From the NCBI GenBank assembly GCA_965657775.1, contig CBFHPY010000008.1, positions 687,786 through 751,785 on the forward strand: a stretch of 64,000 bases of DNA, read 5' to 3'. The position numbers and the translations under genes are program-made. Positions within the stretch are counted from its first letter, which is position 1. Each line of letters starts with the position of its first letter. The DNA comes from Verrucomicrobiales bacterium. GTDB lineage: Bacteria; Verrucomicrobiota; Verrucomicrobiia; Verrucomicrobiales; DEV007. The notes under the pieces are model-generated. The model searched no databases and was not told the DNA's origin. It saw only the letters and a program-made list of their open reading frames with translations. Shown in pieces: positions 29,135-39,376 of the stretch.

Positions 29135-30208
29135 TCAGAAAACCGTTGAGGGATGTACCTCGGTAAATTCAGATTCCCTCGTGAGCTGTTGGAAGCCACA
29201 GAAAAGGGTTCCGTCTTCCTCTGGTGTTTGAGGAAATTCTTCGTCGGAAGAAAGGTGCTCCAGGCAGATGGCTTCGAACGTTTCCCTGTCCTGAGCCCGA
29301 CGCAGCTCTTCCTGAAACAGACCTTCGTGAATTCCCGAGGCGATGTAGTTGGTGAATTTCTTCATCCGATGAACCAGCTGCGAGTCTGATTCAAAGTCTC
29401 CTTCCGAGCGGATTTCATCCACTAACTCGCCGATGTAGTATCGAAGATCTGTCAGAGTGGGGACGAAGCAGGGAGTCCCGTTGAACGACTCGCGAATCTG
29501 TTGGAAAAGCCAGGGATTCCGAATTCCTCCGCGGCCGATCATCAGTCCCGAGGCTCCCGTCTGCTGATGAAGGGCGTGAGCGGCGGCGACGGAGACGATG
29601 TTCCCATTCGCAGTGACAGGATAGGGGAGGCTTTCCACAGCGCGTTGAATACACTCGGGATGAATCGGAGTGCGGTATTTTTCTCGAACGGTCCTCCCGT
29701 GAATGGTGAGTCCGTCGATGGCGAGGGTAGAAAAGAGTTCCAGCAAAGAGTCGAATTCGGACTCGCTCTCAAACCCGACCCGGGTTTTCAAGGTGAGCTT
29801 GCCTTCGACCACTTTCCTGAGCGCCTCCACGATCGAGCGAACCTTTTCCGGTTCGCGGAGTAGTGCTCCTCCGGCTGCTTTGCCACAGACCTTCGGAGCC
29901 GGGCAACCGAGATTGAGATCAATGCCCTCAAGAGGAATCCCTGACTGTCTGGCCTTTTCCTGGATCTCGAGTGTTGTTCGAACGAGATCCTCGGCGGAGT
30001 TCCCGATCATCTGCGCCTGGACCGGCTTGATCTTTCCAAATTCGAGAACGGAGCGAAGGATCGTGTGGTCTGGATGGGAGTCGCGATGGACCCGGAAATA
30101 CTCCGTGATGAGAAGGTCTGGACCACCTCCTCTTCTTTCGAGGCAACGCCAGAGCGGAAGGATGGAAACATCCTGCATCGGAGCGAGAGAGAGAAGAGGG
30201 GTCGACAT
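29135..30208 (-). CDS. tRNA-dihydrouridine synthase family protein
   Basis: LAPMQD, DLNLGCP (catalytic Cys), LTLKTR, IHGRT, ANGNI, MIGRGG; probable ATG at 30208. Confidence 0.92.
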   Translation of the reverse strand: MSTPLLSLAPMQDVSILPLWRCLERRGGGPDLLITEYFRVHRDSHPDHTILRSVLEFGKIKPVQAQMIGNSAEDLVRTTLEIQEKARQSGIPLEGIDLNLGCPAPKVCGKAAGGALLREPEKVRSIVEALRKVVEGKLTLKTRVGFESESEFDSLLELFSTLAIDGLTIHGRTVREKYRTPIHPECIQRAVESLPYPVTANGNIVSVAAAHALHQQTGASGLMIGRGGIRNPWLFQQIRESFNGTPCFVPTLTDLRYYIGELVDEIRSEGDFESDSQLVHRMKKFTNYIASGIHEGLFQEELRRAQDRETFEAICLEHLSSDEEFPQTPEEDGTLFCGFQQLTRESEFTEVHPSTVF

Positions 30209-30360
30209 GTCGACGGATTTGCTTTTTTGACCGAACAAGGTGGATCGAAACTGTTGGGTCACTGATCTAACCCTATTAGGTGATTCGTTCACCGAAATTT
30301 TCGGCGTGTTTTTGTCAAAATCCAGAGTGCCGAATCGAGATCCTTCAACTAAGATTCCGC

Positions 30361-31287
30361 ATGGAAAAGTCCTCACCCCTCTCTCGCCGACGTTTCGTTT
30401 CTGGATCCACTGCAGCTATTGCGGCAGCTTCCGCCTCGCTCCACACTCGGTTCTCGCTTGCTGAGGAGGCTGCTGAGAAAGCAGGAGTGGGTGGAAAGAT
30501 CAACCATTCAGCATGCAAGTGGTGTTACAAAGGAGTCTCCCTCGATGATCTCTGCACCGCTGGAAAAGAGTTCGGGCTCGAGTCCGTCGAACTGCTTTTG
30601 CCTGAAGACTTCGATACACTCAAGAAGCACGACCTGCATTGTGCGATGGTCAGCTTCCCCTCGGCCGAAGTCGAGATCGGGGGAAAGAAAAAGAAGGTTG
30701 GAACAATTCCTAATGCGTTCAATCGTATTGAGCATCACGATACTCTCGTGGAGCTCTATGAGCCGCTCATCAAAGCGAGCAAAGAGGCTGGATTCACCAA
30801 CGTGATCTGTTTTTCCGGCAATCGTGACGGTATGGACGACGAAGAAGGTCTCAAAAGTTGTGCCGTTGGCCTCAAGAGGCTGATGCCCCTTTGCGAAAAG
30901 CACGGGGTGACTCTCTCGATGGAGTTGCTCAACTCGAAAGTGAATCACAAGGACTACATGTGCGATCTCTCCTCGTGGGGCGCGGCGCTCTGTGATGAAG
31001 TTGGCTCGGAGAACTTTAAACTTCTTTACGATATCTATCACATGCAGATCATGGAGGGCGACATCATCGCTACGATCAAGGAGCGTCAGCAGTATTTCTC
31101 TCACTACCATACTGGTGGAGTACCAGGTCGCGCCGAGATTGATGACACCCAGGAACTTTTCTATCCGGCGATCATGAAAGCGATTGCTGAGACTGGATAC
31201 ACCGGCTGGGTTGCCCAGGAATTCATCCCCAAGCGCGAGGACAAGATCGCTTCTCTGAAGCAAGCGGTCGAGATTTGTACCGTGTAG
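30361..31287 (+). CDS. Hydroxypyruvate isomerase-like TIM-barrel protein with Tat signal
   Basis: SRRRFV Tat motif; MELLNSKVNHKDY, LYDIYHMQIMEG, PGRAE, QEFIP; ATG at 30361. Confidence 0.9.
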   Translation: MEKSSPLSRRRFVSGSTAAIAAASASLHTRFSLAEEAAEKAGVGGKINHSACKWCYKGVSLDDLCTAGKEFGLESVELLLPEDFDTLKKHDLHCAMVSFPSAEVEIGGKKKKVGTIPNAFNRIEHHDTLVELYEPLIKASKEAGFTNVICFSGNRDGMDDEEGLKSCAVGLKRLMPLCEKHGVTLSMELLNSKVNHKDYMCDLSSWGAALCDEVGSENFKLLYDIYHMQIMEGDIIATIKERQQYFSHYHTGGVPGRAEIDDTQELFYPAIMKAIAETGYTGWVAQEFIPKREDKIASLKQAVEICTV

Positions 31288-31446
31288 AGTTTCCTGATGA
31301 AGGTGATTCAGCCCCTGGTGAAATCATAAGTGCCTGGAACTTTCGTCGCGGTCCGTTAATTCCCGGGATTGAGCGCGGGCACCGCCTAGCTCTACGATCA
31401 GCTCGTTGGAGCCTCTTGTTACGAAGGAAAAGAGAGTTGGGCAAAA

Positions 31447-32202
31447 CTATTTCAGCGCCGGCAACTTCCAGGCTTCCTGGAACTTCCTATACTCCGCCTC
31501 GGGCAGCAGCACATAGACTGGATTCTTCGAGGGATTGATCGAGGCGATCAGCTTTTTCAAATTCGATTCTGACATCGTCGTGCAACCAGCCGTGGCTGAA
31601 GCACCGTCTCGCCTCCAGATGTGGAAGAAAATGGAAGAACCTTCTCCCGGGGTGATTCCGGTCTTTTTCGAGTTGTGCTCAATGAAGAGTTTTAACGAGT
31701 GGGCGTAGTCACCCTGTTTCATCTGAGCGCGGTATTCTGCCGCACTGCGTGGTTCGTAGGAAAGCACTCGATGCTGATTGTAGTGGGGGGACTTCACATC
31801 TTCGTACCAAAGGTCGCGGGTCGTGATCTGACGATAGGCGAGGAGAGGGGACTTCTTGATCGTCGAGGCGTATCCGTAAGCATCTCCCAGCTCGAATATT
31901 CCGGCTGGAGCGCGGCCGTCGCCCTCTCGCTTTGTTAGAATATTGTCGGGAACTCTAGGATGAAGTCCCCGTCCCCAGACGAGTCCACTTTTGCCAAGCC
32001 TACCTTTCCAAGAGGTCCCCTGAGGCTTCCATGTCTTTATGCCGAGGCCCTTCTTTTCGAACAAGGTCAGAGTTACATAGGAGGAATTCCAGCTCGGAGC
32101 GATCCCCACGAGGACCTGACTGCAGTTGTCCGGCAAAGTGGCCCCCGAACAGGGGGTCGCCAGAATGGTGAAGAGAAAGAGAGGGAAAAGGAACCGAATC
32201 AT
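31447..32202 (-). CDS. L,D-transpeptidase (YkuD-like) family protein
   Basis: Signal peptide, KREGDGRAPAG, GSSIFFHIWR...TAGCTTM (His/Cys catalytic motif). Confidence 0.85.
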   Translation of the reverse strand: MIRFLFPLFLFTILATPCSGATLPDNCSQVLVGIAPSWNSSYVTLTLFEKKGLGIKTWKPQGTSWKGRLGKSGLVWGRGLHPRVPDNILTKREGDGRAPAGIFELGDAYGYASTIKKSPLLAYRQITTRDLWYEDVKSPHYNQHRVLSYEPRSAAEYRAQMKQGDYAHSLKLFIEHNSKKTGITPGEGSSIFFHIWRRDGASATAGCTTMSESNLKKLIASINPSKNPVYVLLPEAEYRKFQEAWKLPALK

Positions 32203-32281
32203 TGGGGATAATTTACTTTGGAAATCTTAAATATCTACCGAATGTCGATTTCAGATGGCTGCTTTCTGGAACGAGTCAGAA

Positions 32282-32942
32282 TCAATTGTTCATAGAGAGA
32301 ACTTGGATTTCACTTGGAGTGATCTTGATGGGCCGGTTCTGGTTCGATAGTGGAATTTGCAGAAATTTCCGGCTCAGCACGGCCGAAGGTCAGAAGATTC
32401 GGTGTCTTCTGCAGAAGGCTCCTCAAATATCTCAGTACGAAAACTCGAGCAGAATCAATCCGAGAAGGGTACAAAAAGTTTCTCCAACAGTGCGCCGAGC
32501 CCGGTATCGAGATTGGAAGCGAGTTCGGGAACGGAACCGAAATTATCGACGTGGGTGTCCCAGTTTCAGTATTGAACATCAACGTAGTCCTATTGTCGGT
32601 TTCGTTGGATTTGAGAAAAGTGACTGTTTGATCATAGGTCGGGATGGCTCCCATGATCTCCAAGTAGACTCGCCGAACAAATTGAGTGTCGGAGGTTTTG
32701 GGGTTGGGTGGCCGTTCTGCTTCTTCGAGGCCTGGAAGAATAAACTGATCAATCCGCGAAGCAATCGCCTTCGGTGACTTGTTCCATTGTTCGCGCAACC
32801 AGTCCTGCTCAGGAGTGGCCAGCTTGGCGATCGGAAAGGGAATCTGTTTTCCATTCTCCAGTCGGAGTAGAACATTCTTTTCGGAGATTTCTTCGTAGAC
32901 TGCCCTAAGAGTCCGATCCCGGCTGCCTGTCCATGTTCTCAT
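32282..32942 (-). pseudogene. Deletion relic fusing an SHD1+DUF1549 gene start to a decayed DUF1501 gene end
   Basis: 5' part RTWT...LRLENGK...KL...EQ (SHD1) and IDQFI...SDTQFVRRVYLEIMGAIPT (DUF1549). After about 32590 another frame reads YVDVQY*NWDTHVDNF...LDTGLGALLEKL (DUF1501-like) with stops. Confidence 0.7.
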
Positions 32943-33227
32943 CTCCTATGCGGTAAGGAGACGAGTAGTAGTGTGCCAAGCAGGCTGAGTCTTGATATCA
33001 TTGTGTTCTCGAACAAATAAATGTAGAGCGACGAATTCGATATCAGGAGGATACGAAATCACGGAACGAGACGAAAAAGTATACACCAGGCTATCTCGTG
33101 TATAAATATTAATGGTTTCAGTAGAGAATGATCAAATGTAGGTAGGTGATCAGCCAGTGACATGAGTCCAGTGCCCAAAACTCGAAAGAAAGGGGCGGAA
33201 CCAGGTAAAAGTTACAGGGGTGTAACT

Positions 33228-35231
33228 CTACCTCTCTCGTGCAATGAGACGCAATCCGTCTACATCACCATACTTGACGGCTCCGGGAACCATGTAGTCA
33301 TCCCAGTTGCTGTCGATTGCCGAAAAGCGAAACCCTTCCGGGTCGATGTCACTGCCTTCCAGTGACTCTCCCGCGAGGGCTTTGGCCCCGAGGGCAATAC
33401 TGGCGAGAGGTCCTCGGGCAAGGATGGAAATTTTCTTCACGTCCCAGTCGGGGTGCTGTTCAGCCATCCGTATCGCGGCAACAAGATCGTGCACTCGACG
33501 AACCCAGACCGAATCGTTGTATCCGTAGAAGTAAACCGGAGAACGTTGCCAGCTGTTCGCATCGAGTTCCTTTTTACCGGAGTAGGTAGAGGCCGGATTC
33601 AAAGCCTTGTCGTCATTCTGCCCGTAAAGATCCAGGCAAATTACGGCGGTGTCTTTCACTTGGACTTCGGTTGCGTGTCCTTGATCACCCAATTGTATGA
33701 TCACGTTCCCATTCCAGTTTTTTGGATAGTGGATGCGGGCCGCGATCGGACTGGTGGAGCCAGCGTTCTCGATTGTGCCATCCATGACGACGACCTCTCC
33801 CTCTGAATCTTTGTCGCCAAGAGTGAACACGTATTCTTCTCCGTCGAGAGCGGATTTGCGAAGAATCGTTTCCCAAGCTGCCCTCAGCCAGGAGTCTACT
33901 CCGTTTTTGTTACCATCGGCGGCTTGCTTCCAACGGGCGTGGCTGTCCTCTGCCCAAAGGCGATTGAGTTCCCGCTCGTGGTCCGGACCAGTGAGATAGC
34001 TTTCGGGTATGCGGTTGGGATCGCTCCAGACGCTGAGTTGAGGTCTCCCCAGGTATACGAAGTCCTCTTCGAGAACAGGTTCTGTTTCTCCCAACTTGAA
34101 GTGGCGATTGACGAAGTTGTAGAGGTTTCCCCGAGAGACATGATTGAAGTTATGTCCAAAGTGGATGTCAAAATGTGACTCATAGTGGTCGGGGCACTTC
34201 AGTGATGTGTAGAGAGTCTCGAGATCTGGGTGGCCTTTTGTTTCGAGCTCGACGGTCCAGTCGTCCGCTGCGGTCAAGCCAAGTGGACGGGGTGCAACCG
34301 CGGCAGCGATGTCGATGTTCCCCTGATCGATCCGGAGGTAGTGAGAGTTCTCGCAGGTGCATCCTCCCTGCATCGCGGTGGAAACCATCACGGCAGGAAA
34401 GGCGGCATCGATCCGTTCATCGATCGCTGCCAGAATCATCGTCTGGGTTGCACCTCCACTGGCTCCGGTAACGAGAAGGCGGTCGGTATCGACTTCTTGA
34501 AGAGTGGTAAGGTAGTCGAGCGCTCGAACGCTGTTCCAAGTCTGGAGTCCGAAATTCGTTTGAAGGCGGAGAGTGGATTGAGGACTAACAAACCCCCATT
34601 CTCCGAGTTCGGATTTGTCCATCTCGGGACGAGGTCCGCGCCGATGTTCAGTCAATTGAATGGAGTCTGCATTTCCGATCGTATCATAGACGAGCACGAC
34701 GCAGCCCATGCGAGCGAGTTGGACACAACGGGCTACAATCGGATTCCGAGAAGCATTCCAGAATCTTTCAGCTCCCTTCGCGATCTGTTCTCGGGCACCT
34801 CGTCCTCCTCCTCGGGTTAGTGAATCATAGAGCCGCCCGTCGGTCCAGTGGCCGTGGGGACAAAGGACACCCGGGCGTTTCCCATCCTGCAATCCTTTCT
34901 GAAGAGATGAACCAGAGGGGGTGAATAGACTTCCCGTTACATAGTGTCCGGGAAACGACTCGAAGAACACTTTCTCGACCCGGAACCCTTCTCCCTCGAC
35001 CGGTCCGAATCGCTGTGCATTCAGGTCGGTTCGTTCGGGAAATGGAAAGAGACCTGCGGCGAGTTGAATCCGGATTTTGATTTCAGTCGATCTTTCCTCC
35101 CAGGACTGGTTCTCGCGAAGGGAGCGGAATGGATGCTCGTCGTGCAGCGTGACGGGATCACGATAGCGGGTTTCCTCTGCCAGTCCCGGAGCTACGATGG
35201 CGAGAAGAAGGGAGAAGGAAATGATTTTCAT
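33228..35231 (-). CDS. Secreted acetyl-xylan-esterase-like alpha/beta hydrolase
   Basis: Signal peptide from ATG 35231; FESFPGHYVTG, LCPHGHW, TGASGGATQT nucleophile motif, GGCTCEN. Confidence 0.8.
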   Translation of the reverse strand: MKIISFSLLLAIVAPGLAEETRYRDPVTLHDEHPFRSLRENQSWEERSTEIKIRIQLAAGLFPFPERTDLNAQRFGPVEGEGFRVEKVFFESFPGHYVTGSLFTPSGSSLQKGLQDGKRPGVLCPHGHWTDGRLYDSLTRGGGRGAREQIAKGAERFWNASRNPIVARCVQLARMGCVVLVYDTIGNADSIQLTEHRRGPRPEMDKSELGEWGFVSPQSTLRLQTNFGLQTWNSVRALDYLTTLQEVDTDRLLVTGASGGATQTMILAAIDERIDAAFPAVMVSTAMQGGCTCENSHYLRIDQGNIDIAAAVAPRPLGLTAADDWTVELETKGHPDLETLYTSLKCPDHYESHFDIHFGHNFNHVSRGNLYNFVNRHFKLGETEPVLEEDFVYLGRPQLSVWSDPNRIPESYLTGPDHERELNRLWAEDSHARWKQAADGNKNGVDSWLRAAWETILRKSALDGEEYVFTLGDKDSEGEVVVMDGTIENAGSTSPIAARIHYPKNWNGNVIIQLGDQGHATEVQVKDTAVICLDLYGQNDDKALNPASTYSGKKELDANSWQRSPVYFYGYNDSVWVRRVHDLVAAIRMAEQHPDWDVKKISILARGPLASIALGAKALAGESLEGSDIDPEGFRFSAIDSNWDDYMVPGAVKYGDVDGLRLIARER

Positions 35232-35251
35232 AGCAGGGAAGGGGAGGTGTG

Positions 35252-36727
35252 TTACCAGAGTTTTGGGGGAGTCTCGCCAGTCTTGGGATTTTGCTTCAGA
35301 GGATTGGCTCCGACTTCGACTCGCCATTCGTTGAGCACGTCCGATAACTCCTTGGCTTTGTCGCTTTCGAGCTGTTCGAGATTGTTGTGCTCCTTCTCAT
35401 CTGTTTCGAGATGGTAGAGTTCGAAAGCCCCGTCTTCGAGGTCCTGGATCAGTTTGTATTCGCCGTCGCGAATCGCACTGGCGGGGAAGCCACCTTGATT
35501 GGCATAGTGGGGGTAGTGAAAGAAAAGTGGGCCGCGTTTGAACTTGGCGAACGGGTTGCGCAGTATCGGGACGAGACTGACTCCGTCGATATGCTGGTCG
35601 GGTAGCGGGGGCAACCCAGCCATCTCGAGGATGGTGGGATAAAAATCTGTGCTGATTGCAGGGATGGCGCAGCGGGTTCCCGCTGGCGTGACCCCTGGCC
35701 AGCGGAAGATGACGGGTTCACGAATTCCACCTTCATACATCCAGCCTTTGCCACCGCGAAGTGGAAGGTTGGATGTCGGATGGCCTTCCGAGGTGGAAAG
35801 CCCTCCATTATCGGACATAAAAATAATCGCGGTGTTGTCTCTCATCCCGAGTTCATCGAGCCGCTGAAGGACGCTTCCGACAGCTCGGTCGAGACTTTCG
35901 ACCATCGCGGCGTAGACCGCATGATCTTGGCGAATACGCACCTTCCGACCTTCCTTGGTTCCAGACCAGACTTGCCGTTCTCCTTCGGGGTCGAAGCTTC
36001 CAGTTTCATCTGAAATTCCAAGCTTCTCTGCCTTGGCTTTGTATTTATCGACCAGCTTTTTGGGCGCCTGCAGAGGGGTGTGAACGTTGTAAAAAGAGAG
36101 GTAGAGCAAAAACGGATCCGAGCTCTTTGCCGTTTGATTGAGAAAGGCGACTGACTCCTTGGCAAGACGATCAGTGAGATACTCTCCTTCCGGCCCGGCG
36201 GGAAGGTTCTCCACATTTTTGTAAGGGGAAAAGTAGCTACGGGGGAGTCCATTCGGACCGCCGCCCTTGTTGATTTGAAACCCTTGGTCAGTCGGGAGTT
36301 GCCCTGCTCCACCGAGATGCCATTTCCCGGCAAAGAAAGTTTGATACCCGTTTTCCTTCAGCGCCTCAGCAAGGGTGACCTCTTTCAGCGCCATGTGGGT
36401 CTGAAAGTCAGCGGCGTTGAATGTCCCGTTGCGCCTTCCTGAGAAAAAGTTTGTCGTGTTTGTCCTCGCAGGATATTTGCCAGTCAGGATGCTGGCTCTT
36501 GTCGGGGAGCAAACCTGAGAAGCCGCATAAAAATCACTAAAAACGATCCCGCTGCGAGCCAACTGATCGAGATGAGGTGTCTCGTAGAATGTCTCCGGAT
36601 TGTTGAATCCGACGTCGTGATAGCCCAGATCATCGGCGAGAAAGAACACGAAATTGAGTTTTTCCTGCGCATTAGCGGAAGCGGCAAAGAGGACCGAGAG
36701 GAGAGCAAGAAGAGTAATTCGATTCAT
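35252..36727 (-). CDS. Sulfatase
   Basis: Signal peptide, FFLADDLG, CSPTRASILTG, GKWHLG, SDNGG, YEGGIREP. Confidence 0.93.
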   Translation of the reverse strand: MNRITLLALLSVLFAASANAQEKLNFVFFLADDLGYHDVGFNNPETFYETPHLDQLARSGIVFSDFYAASQVCSPTRASILTGKYPARTNTTNFFSGRRNGTFNAADFQTHMALKEVTLAEALKENGYQTFFAGKWHLGGAGQLPTDQGFQINKGGGPNGLPRSYFSPYKNVENLPAGPEGEYLTDRLAKESVAFLNQTAKSSDPFLLYLSFYNVHTPLQAPKKLVDKYKAKAEKLGISDETGSFDPEGERQVWSGTKEGRKVRIRQDHAVYAAMVESLDRAVGSVLQRLDELGMRDNTAIIFMSDNGGLSTSEGHPTSNLPLRGGKGWMYEGGIREPVIFRWPGVTPAGTRCAIPAISTDFYPTILEMAGLPPLPDQHIDGVSLVPILRNPFAKFKRGPLFFHYPHYANQGGFPASAIRDGEYKLIQDLEDGAFELYHLETDEKEHNNLEQLESDKAKELSDVLNEWRVEVGANPLKQNPKTGETPPKLW

Positions 36728-36846
36728 GGATCAAGGAAAGACGATGGGGTGTGCGGAACGGGAGATGAGAATGCCATGATTATATCCGACCTCCAAGGAT
36801 AGAACTGGAGGAAGCTATCCCTTGTACGCGCCGTCTGGCTGTTGCC

Positions 36847-38346
36847 TCAGGAAGCTGGACCCTGTGCAAGCTGCCGACTGAGCCGCGCTACTGTTTCGGG
36901 TGATGCTCCGGCTATATTCCGTGTTTCGTGTGGATCTTTCTGCAGATCGTAGAGTTCGACCGCTTTGAGATTTTCCTTCGGATCTCTCCATTCGACGAAT
37001 CGAAAGCGATCGGTTCGGATCGCCCGCCCCTGAAACTTTCCTTTGTAGCGAAGGTATTCGTGGAAGACAGCATCCTTCCCTTTTGCTTCCGGATTTTTGA
37101 GAATTGGGACAAGGCTTGTTCCTTCGAGATGATCTGGTTTCGGACTTGTCGTGAGATCGCAGAGAGTCGGATAGAGATCGACGAGTTCGGCGAAAGCAGT
37201 CGTTCGAGCAGGAGTGATTCTGGGAGCGGAAACAAGAAAAGGAATTCTCGTGCTGACCTCGTAGTTCGTCATCTTTCCCCAGGCGCTCATTTCACCGAGG
37301 TGCCATCCGTGATCGGACCAGAGTACGACAACCGTTTCTTCGAGGAGATTCTTTTCTTCGAGAAAGTCTAACAAACGTCCCACTTGTGTATCGACGTAGG
37401 ATATACAGGCCGCGTAGGCGTGGAGAAACTTGAGTTGTTCGTCCGCGGGGATCTCTCCGTGAACGGGAGCTCCAACATAGCTTCGCATTTCAAAGCCGTT
37501 CCACGCCATCGCTTCACTTCGGTTCGGTGGGTTCGGCATCGTGAATCCGAGATTCCGCGCGGAGCCGATATAGCCATCTGAATTGAACCACGCGAACGGA
37601 GGCGCATCAATTGGAGGATCTGGGTAAGTAGTGAGCCAGCTTTCATCGGGTTGGTAGAGATCGAAATAGCGTTTCGGCGCGACAAACGGCAAGTGTGGGC
37701 GGCGGAATCCAACGGCGTAAAAGAAAGGGCGCTCGTCTTTACGGGACGAGAGAAGTTGGAGGACGTCATTTGTCATTCTTCCAGCAAAGAGATGATCGTC
37801 AGGGACATCGGGGTTCTGGAGAACTGGGCAATCGAGGCGCTCTGCGATCCTCGTGGGGCCGAGCGGATTTTTCTCATCGACGACTTCCCACATTTCTCGT
37901 TCACGGCCCGGAGAGGGAGGGGCGCTCCAGTCTTCCCGCTGCTGCCAACCGTCGTGATCGATTTTTCCAAAGCTTCGCGTTTCGTACCCCTGTTCGAGGA
38001 GCCAGCGTGCCATCGTCGTGGCATTCGGTTGGCGTTTACGAAAGGCAGCAACATCTTTCACTCCGTGCCCCACCACTCGAATCTGGTCCGGTCGAAGTCC
38101 GGTCATCAGGGAGAGGCGAGAGGCTCCGCACTTCGCGTAGTTGCAATAGGCGCGCTCGAAGAGAATGGACCGGGCTGCGAGCCGGTCTATGTGAGGAGAA
38201 TGAATTCGGTCATCGCCATAGCAACCCAGCATGGGTCGCAGATCGTCGATCGCGATCATGAGGACGTTAGGACGATTTTTGTCTGCTGCTTCCGTCGAGA
38301 GGAGCAAACAAAGAAGAATAGAGAAGAGAGAGAATAAACGAAACAT
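36847..38346 (-). CDS. Sulfatase (iduronate-2-sulfatase/choline-sulfatase-like)
   Basis: NVLMIAIDDLRP, CGASRLSLMTG (CxAxR variant), GFRRPHLPF, SDHGWHLGE. Confidence 0.92.
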   Translation of the reverse strand: MFRLFSLFSILLCLLLSTEAADKNRPNVLMIAIDDLRPMLGCYGDDRIHSPHIDRLAARSILFERAYCNYAKCGASRLSLMTGLRPDQIRVVGHGVKDVAAFRKRQPNATTMARWLLEQGYETRSFGKIDHDGWQQREDWSAPPSPGREREMWEVVDEKNPLGPTRIAERLDCPVLQNPDVPDDHLFAGRMTNDVLQLLSSRKDERPFFYAVGFRRPHLPFVAPKRYFDLYQPDESWLTTYPDPPIDAPPFAWFNSDGYIGSARNLGFTMPNPPNRSEAMAWNGFEMRSYVGAPVHGEIPADEQLKFLHAYAACISYVDTQVGRLLDFLEEKNLLEETVVVLWSDHGWHLGEMSAWGKMTNYEVSTRIPFLVSAPRITPARTTAFAELVDLYPTLCDLTTSPKPDHLEGTSLVPILKNPEAKGKDAVFHEYLRYKGKFQGRAIRTDRFRFVEWRDPKENLKAVELYDLQKDPHETRNIAGASPETVARLSRQLAQGPAS

Positions 38347-38433
38347 TGCGGTGTCCGAGGCTATCGATTTTTGCTTCTTGCTGCACGAAAACTGTAAAGC
38401 GGAAACGCGCCGTTCTGTAAGAGATCAAAAAAT

Positions 38434-38466
38434 AAAAAAGCCCGCCTCCTTTCGGAAGCGGGCTTT
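38434..38466 (-). terminator. Intrinsic terminator after tpiA
   Basis: Minus strand AAAGCCCGCTTCC-GAAA-GGAGGCGGGCTTTTTT. Confidence 0.85.
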
Positions 38467-38513
38467 ATCAAATTCGATTACGACGCTCCGACCGAAACGC
38501 GTTTGCAGGGTTA

Positions 38514-39281
38514 TCACCCTCCGATGCCTGCGCTGATGATTTCAGCAAAGCTTTGGGGATCGAGGCTGGCTCCACCAACGAGGAATCCATCGATGTCAGG
38601 CTGTCCGATGAGCTCGGCCGCGTTTCCTGGCTTCACAGAACCTCCGTACTGAATACGGGTCGCTCCGGCAACATCGGATCCATAGAGATTCTCAAGCACA
38701 CTGCGGACGAATCTCTGTGTGTCCTGTGCCTGCTCGGGAGAAGCAGTGACACCAGTGCCGATGGCCCAGACAGGTTCGTAAGCGATCACGATATTAGCCA
38801 TCTGCGCAGCGCCAATGTCAGCAAGACTTCCTTCGAGTTGTGAAGTCAGAACGCTTTCGAGCTGTCCGCCCTCGCGCTCTTCGAGTGACTCTCCGATGCA
38901 GAGAATAGGCTGCATTCCTGCGGCGAGAGTTGCGTGCACCTTCTTGTTGATGAGGGCATCGTCTTCTCCATAAAGAGAGCGGCGCTCGCTGTGACCGAGG
39001 ATGACGTATTCGCAATTCACGTCGAGAAGCATGGCTGCCGAGGTCTCGCCGGTGAACGCCCCAGATGCTTCCTGGGACATGTTCTGCGCCGAAAGAGAAA
39101 CGGCGGGGTTAGGCGTGATCGCCTCGGAGGCTTTCGCGAGCGACACAAAAGATGGGGCGATAACGATATCCACATTCACAGCAGCAGAGAAGGTGCTGAG
39201 GAAGGGCGTGAGGAACTCAGCCGTCTCGGACGGCGTCATGTTCATTTTCCAGTTGGCGGCGATGATGTTTTTTCGGCTCAT
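38514..39281 (-). CDS. tpiA: Triosephosphate isomerase
   Basis: ANWKMN, GHSERR, AYEPVWAIGTG, YGGSV, LVGGASL. Confidence 0.98.
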   Translation of the reverse strand: MSRKNIIAANWKMNMTPSETAEFLTPFLSTFSAAVNVDIVIAPSFVSLAKASEAITPNPAVSLSAQNMSQEASGAFTGETSAAMLLDVNCEYVILGHSERRSLYGEDDALINKKVHATLAAGMQPILCIGESLEEREGGQLESVLTSQLEGSLADIGAAQMANIVIAYEPVWAIGTGVTASPEQAQDTQRFVRSVLENLYGSDVAGATRIQYGGSVKPGNAAELIGQPDIDGFLVGGASLDPQSFAEIISAGIGG

Positions 39282-39300
39282 GATTTCGAAGTGGGTAAGA

Positions 39301-39356
39301 AGTTGAGAAGTTGAGAAGTTGAGAAGTTGAGAAGTTGAGAAGTTGAGAAGTTGAGA
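39301..39356. repeat. Tandem octamer repeat (AGTTGAGA)7
   Basis: Seven exact copies with partial flanking copies, 20 nt upstream of the tpiA ATG. Confidence 0.97.
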
Positions 39357-39376
39357 AGTGAAGTAGGAAAGAAATA

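Noticed and set aside
39301-39356. Repeat as a CRISPR array
   Set aside because: Units are 8 nt, contiguous and spacer-free, and there are no cas genes; it is a simple tandem repeat.
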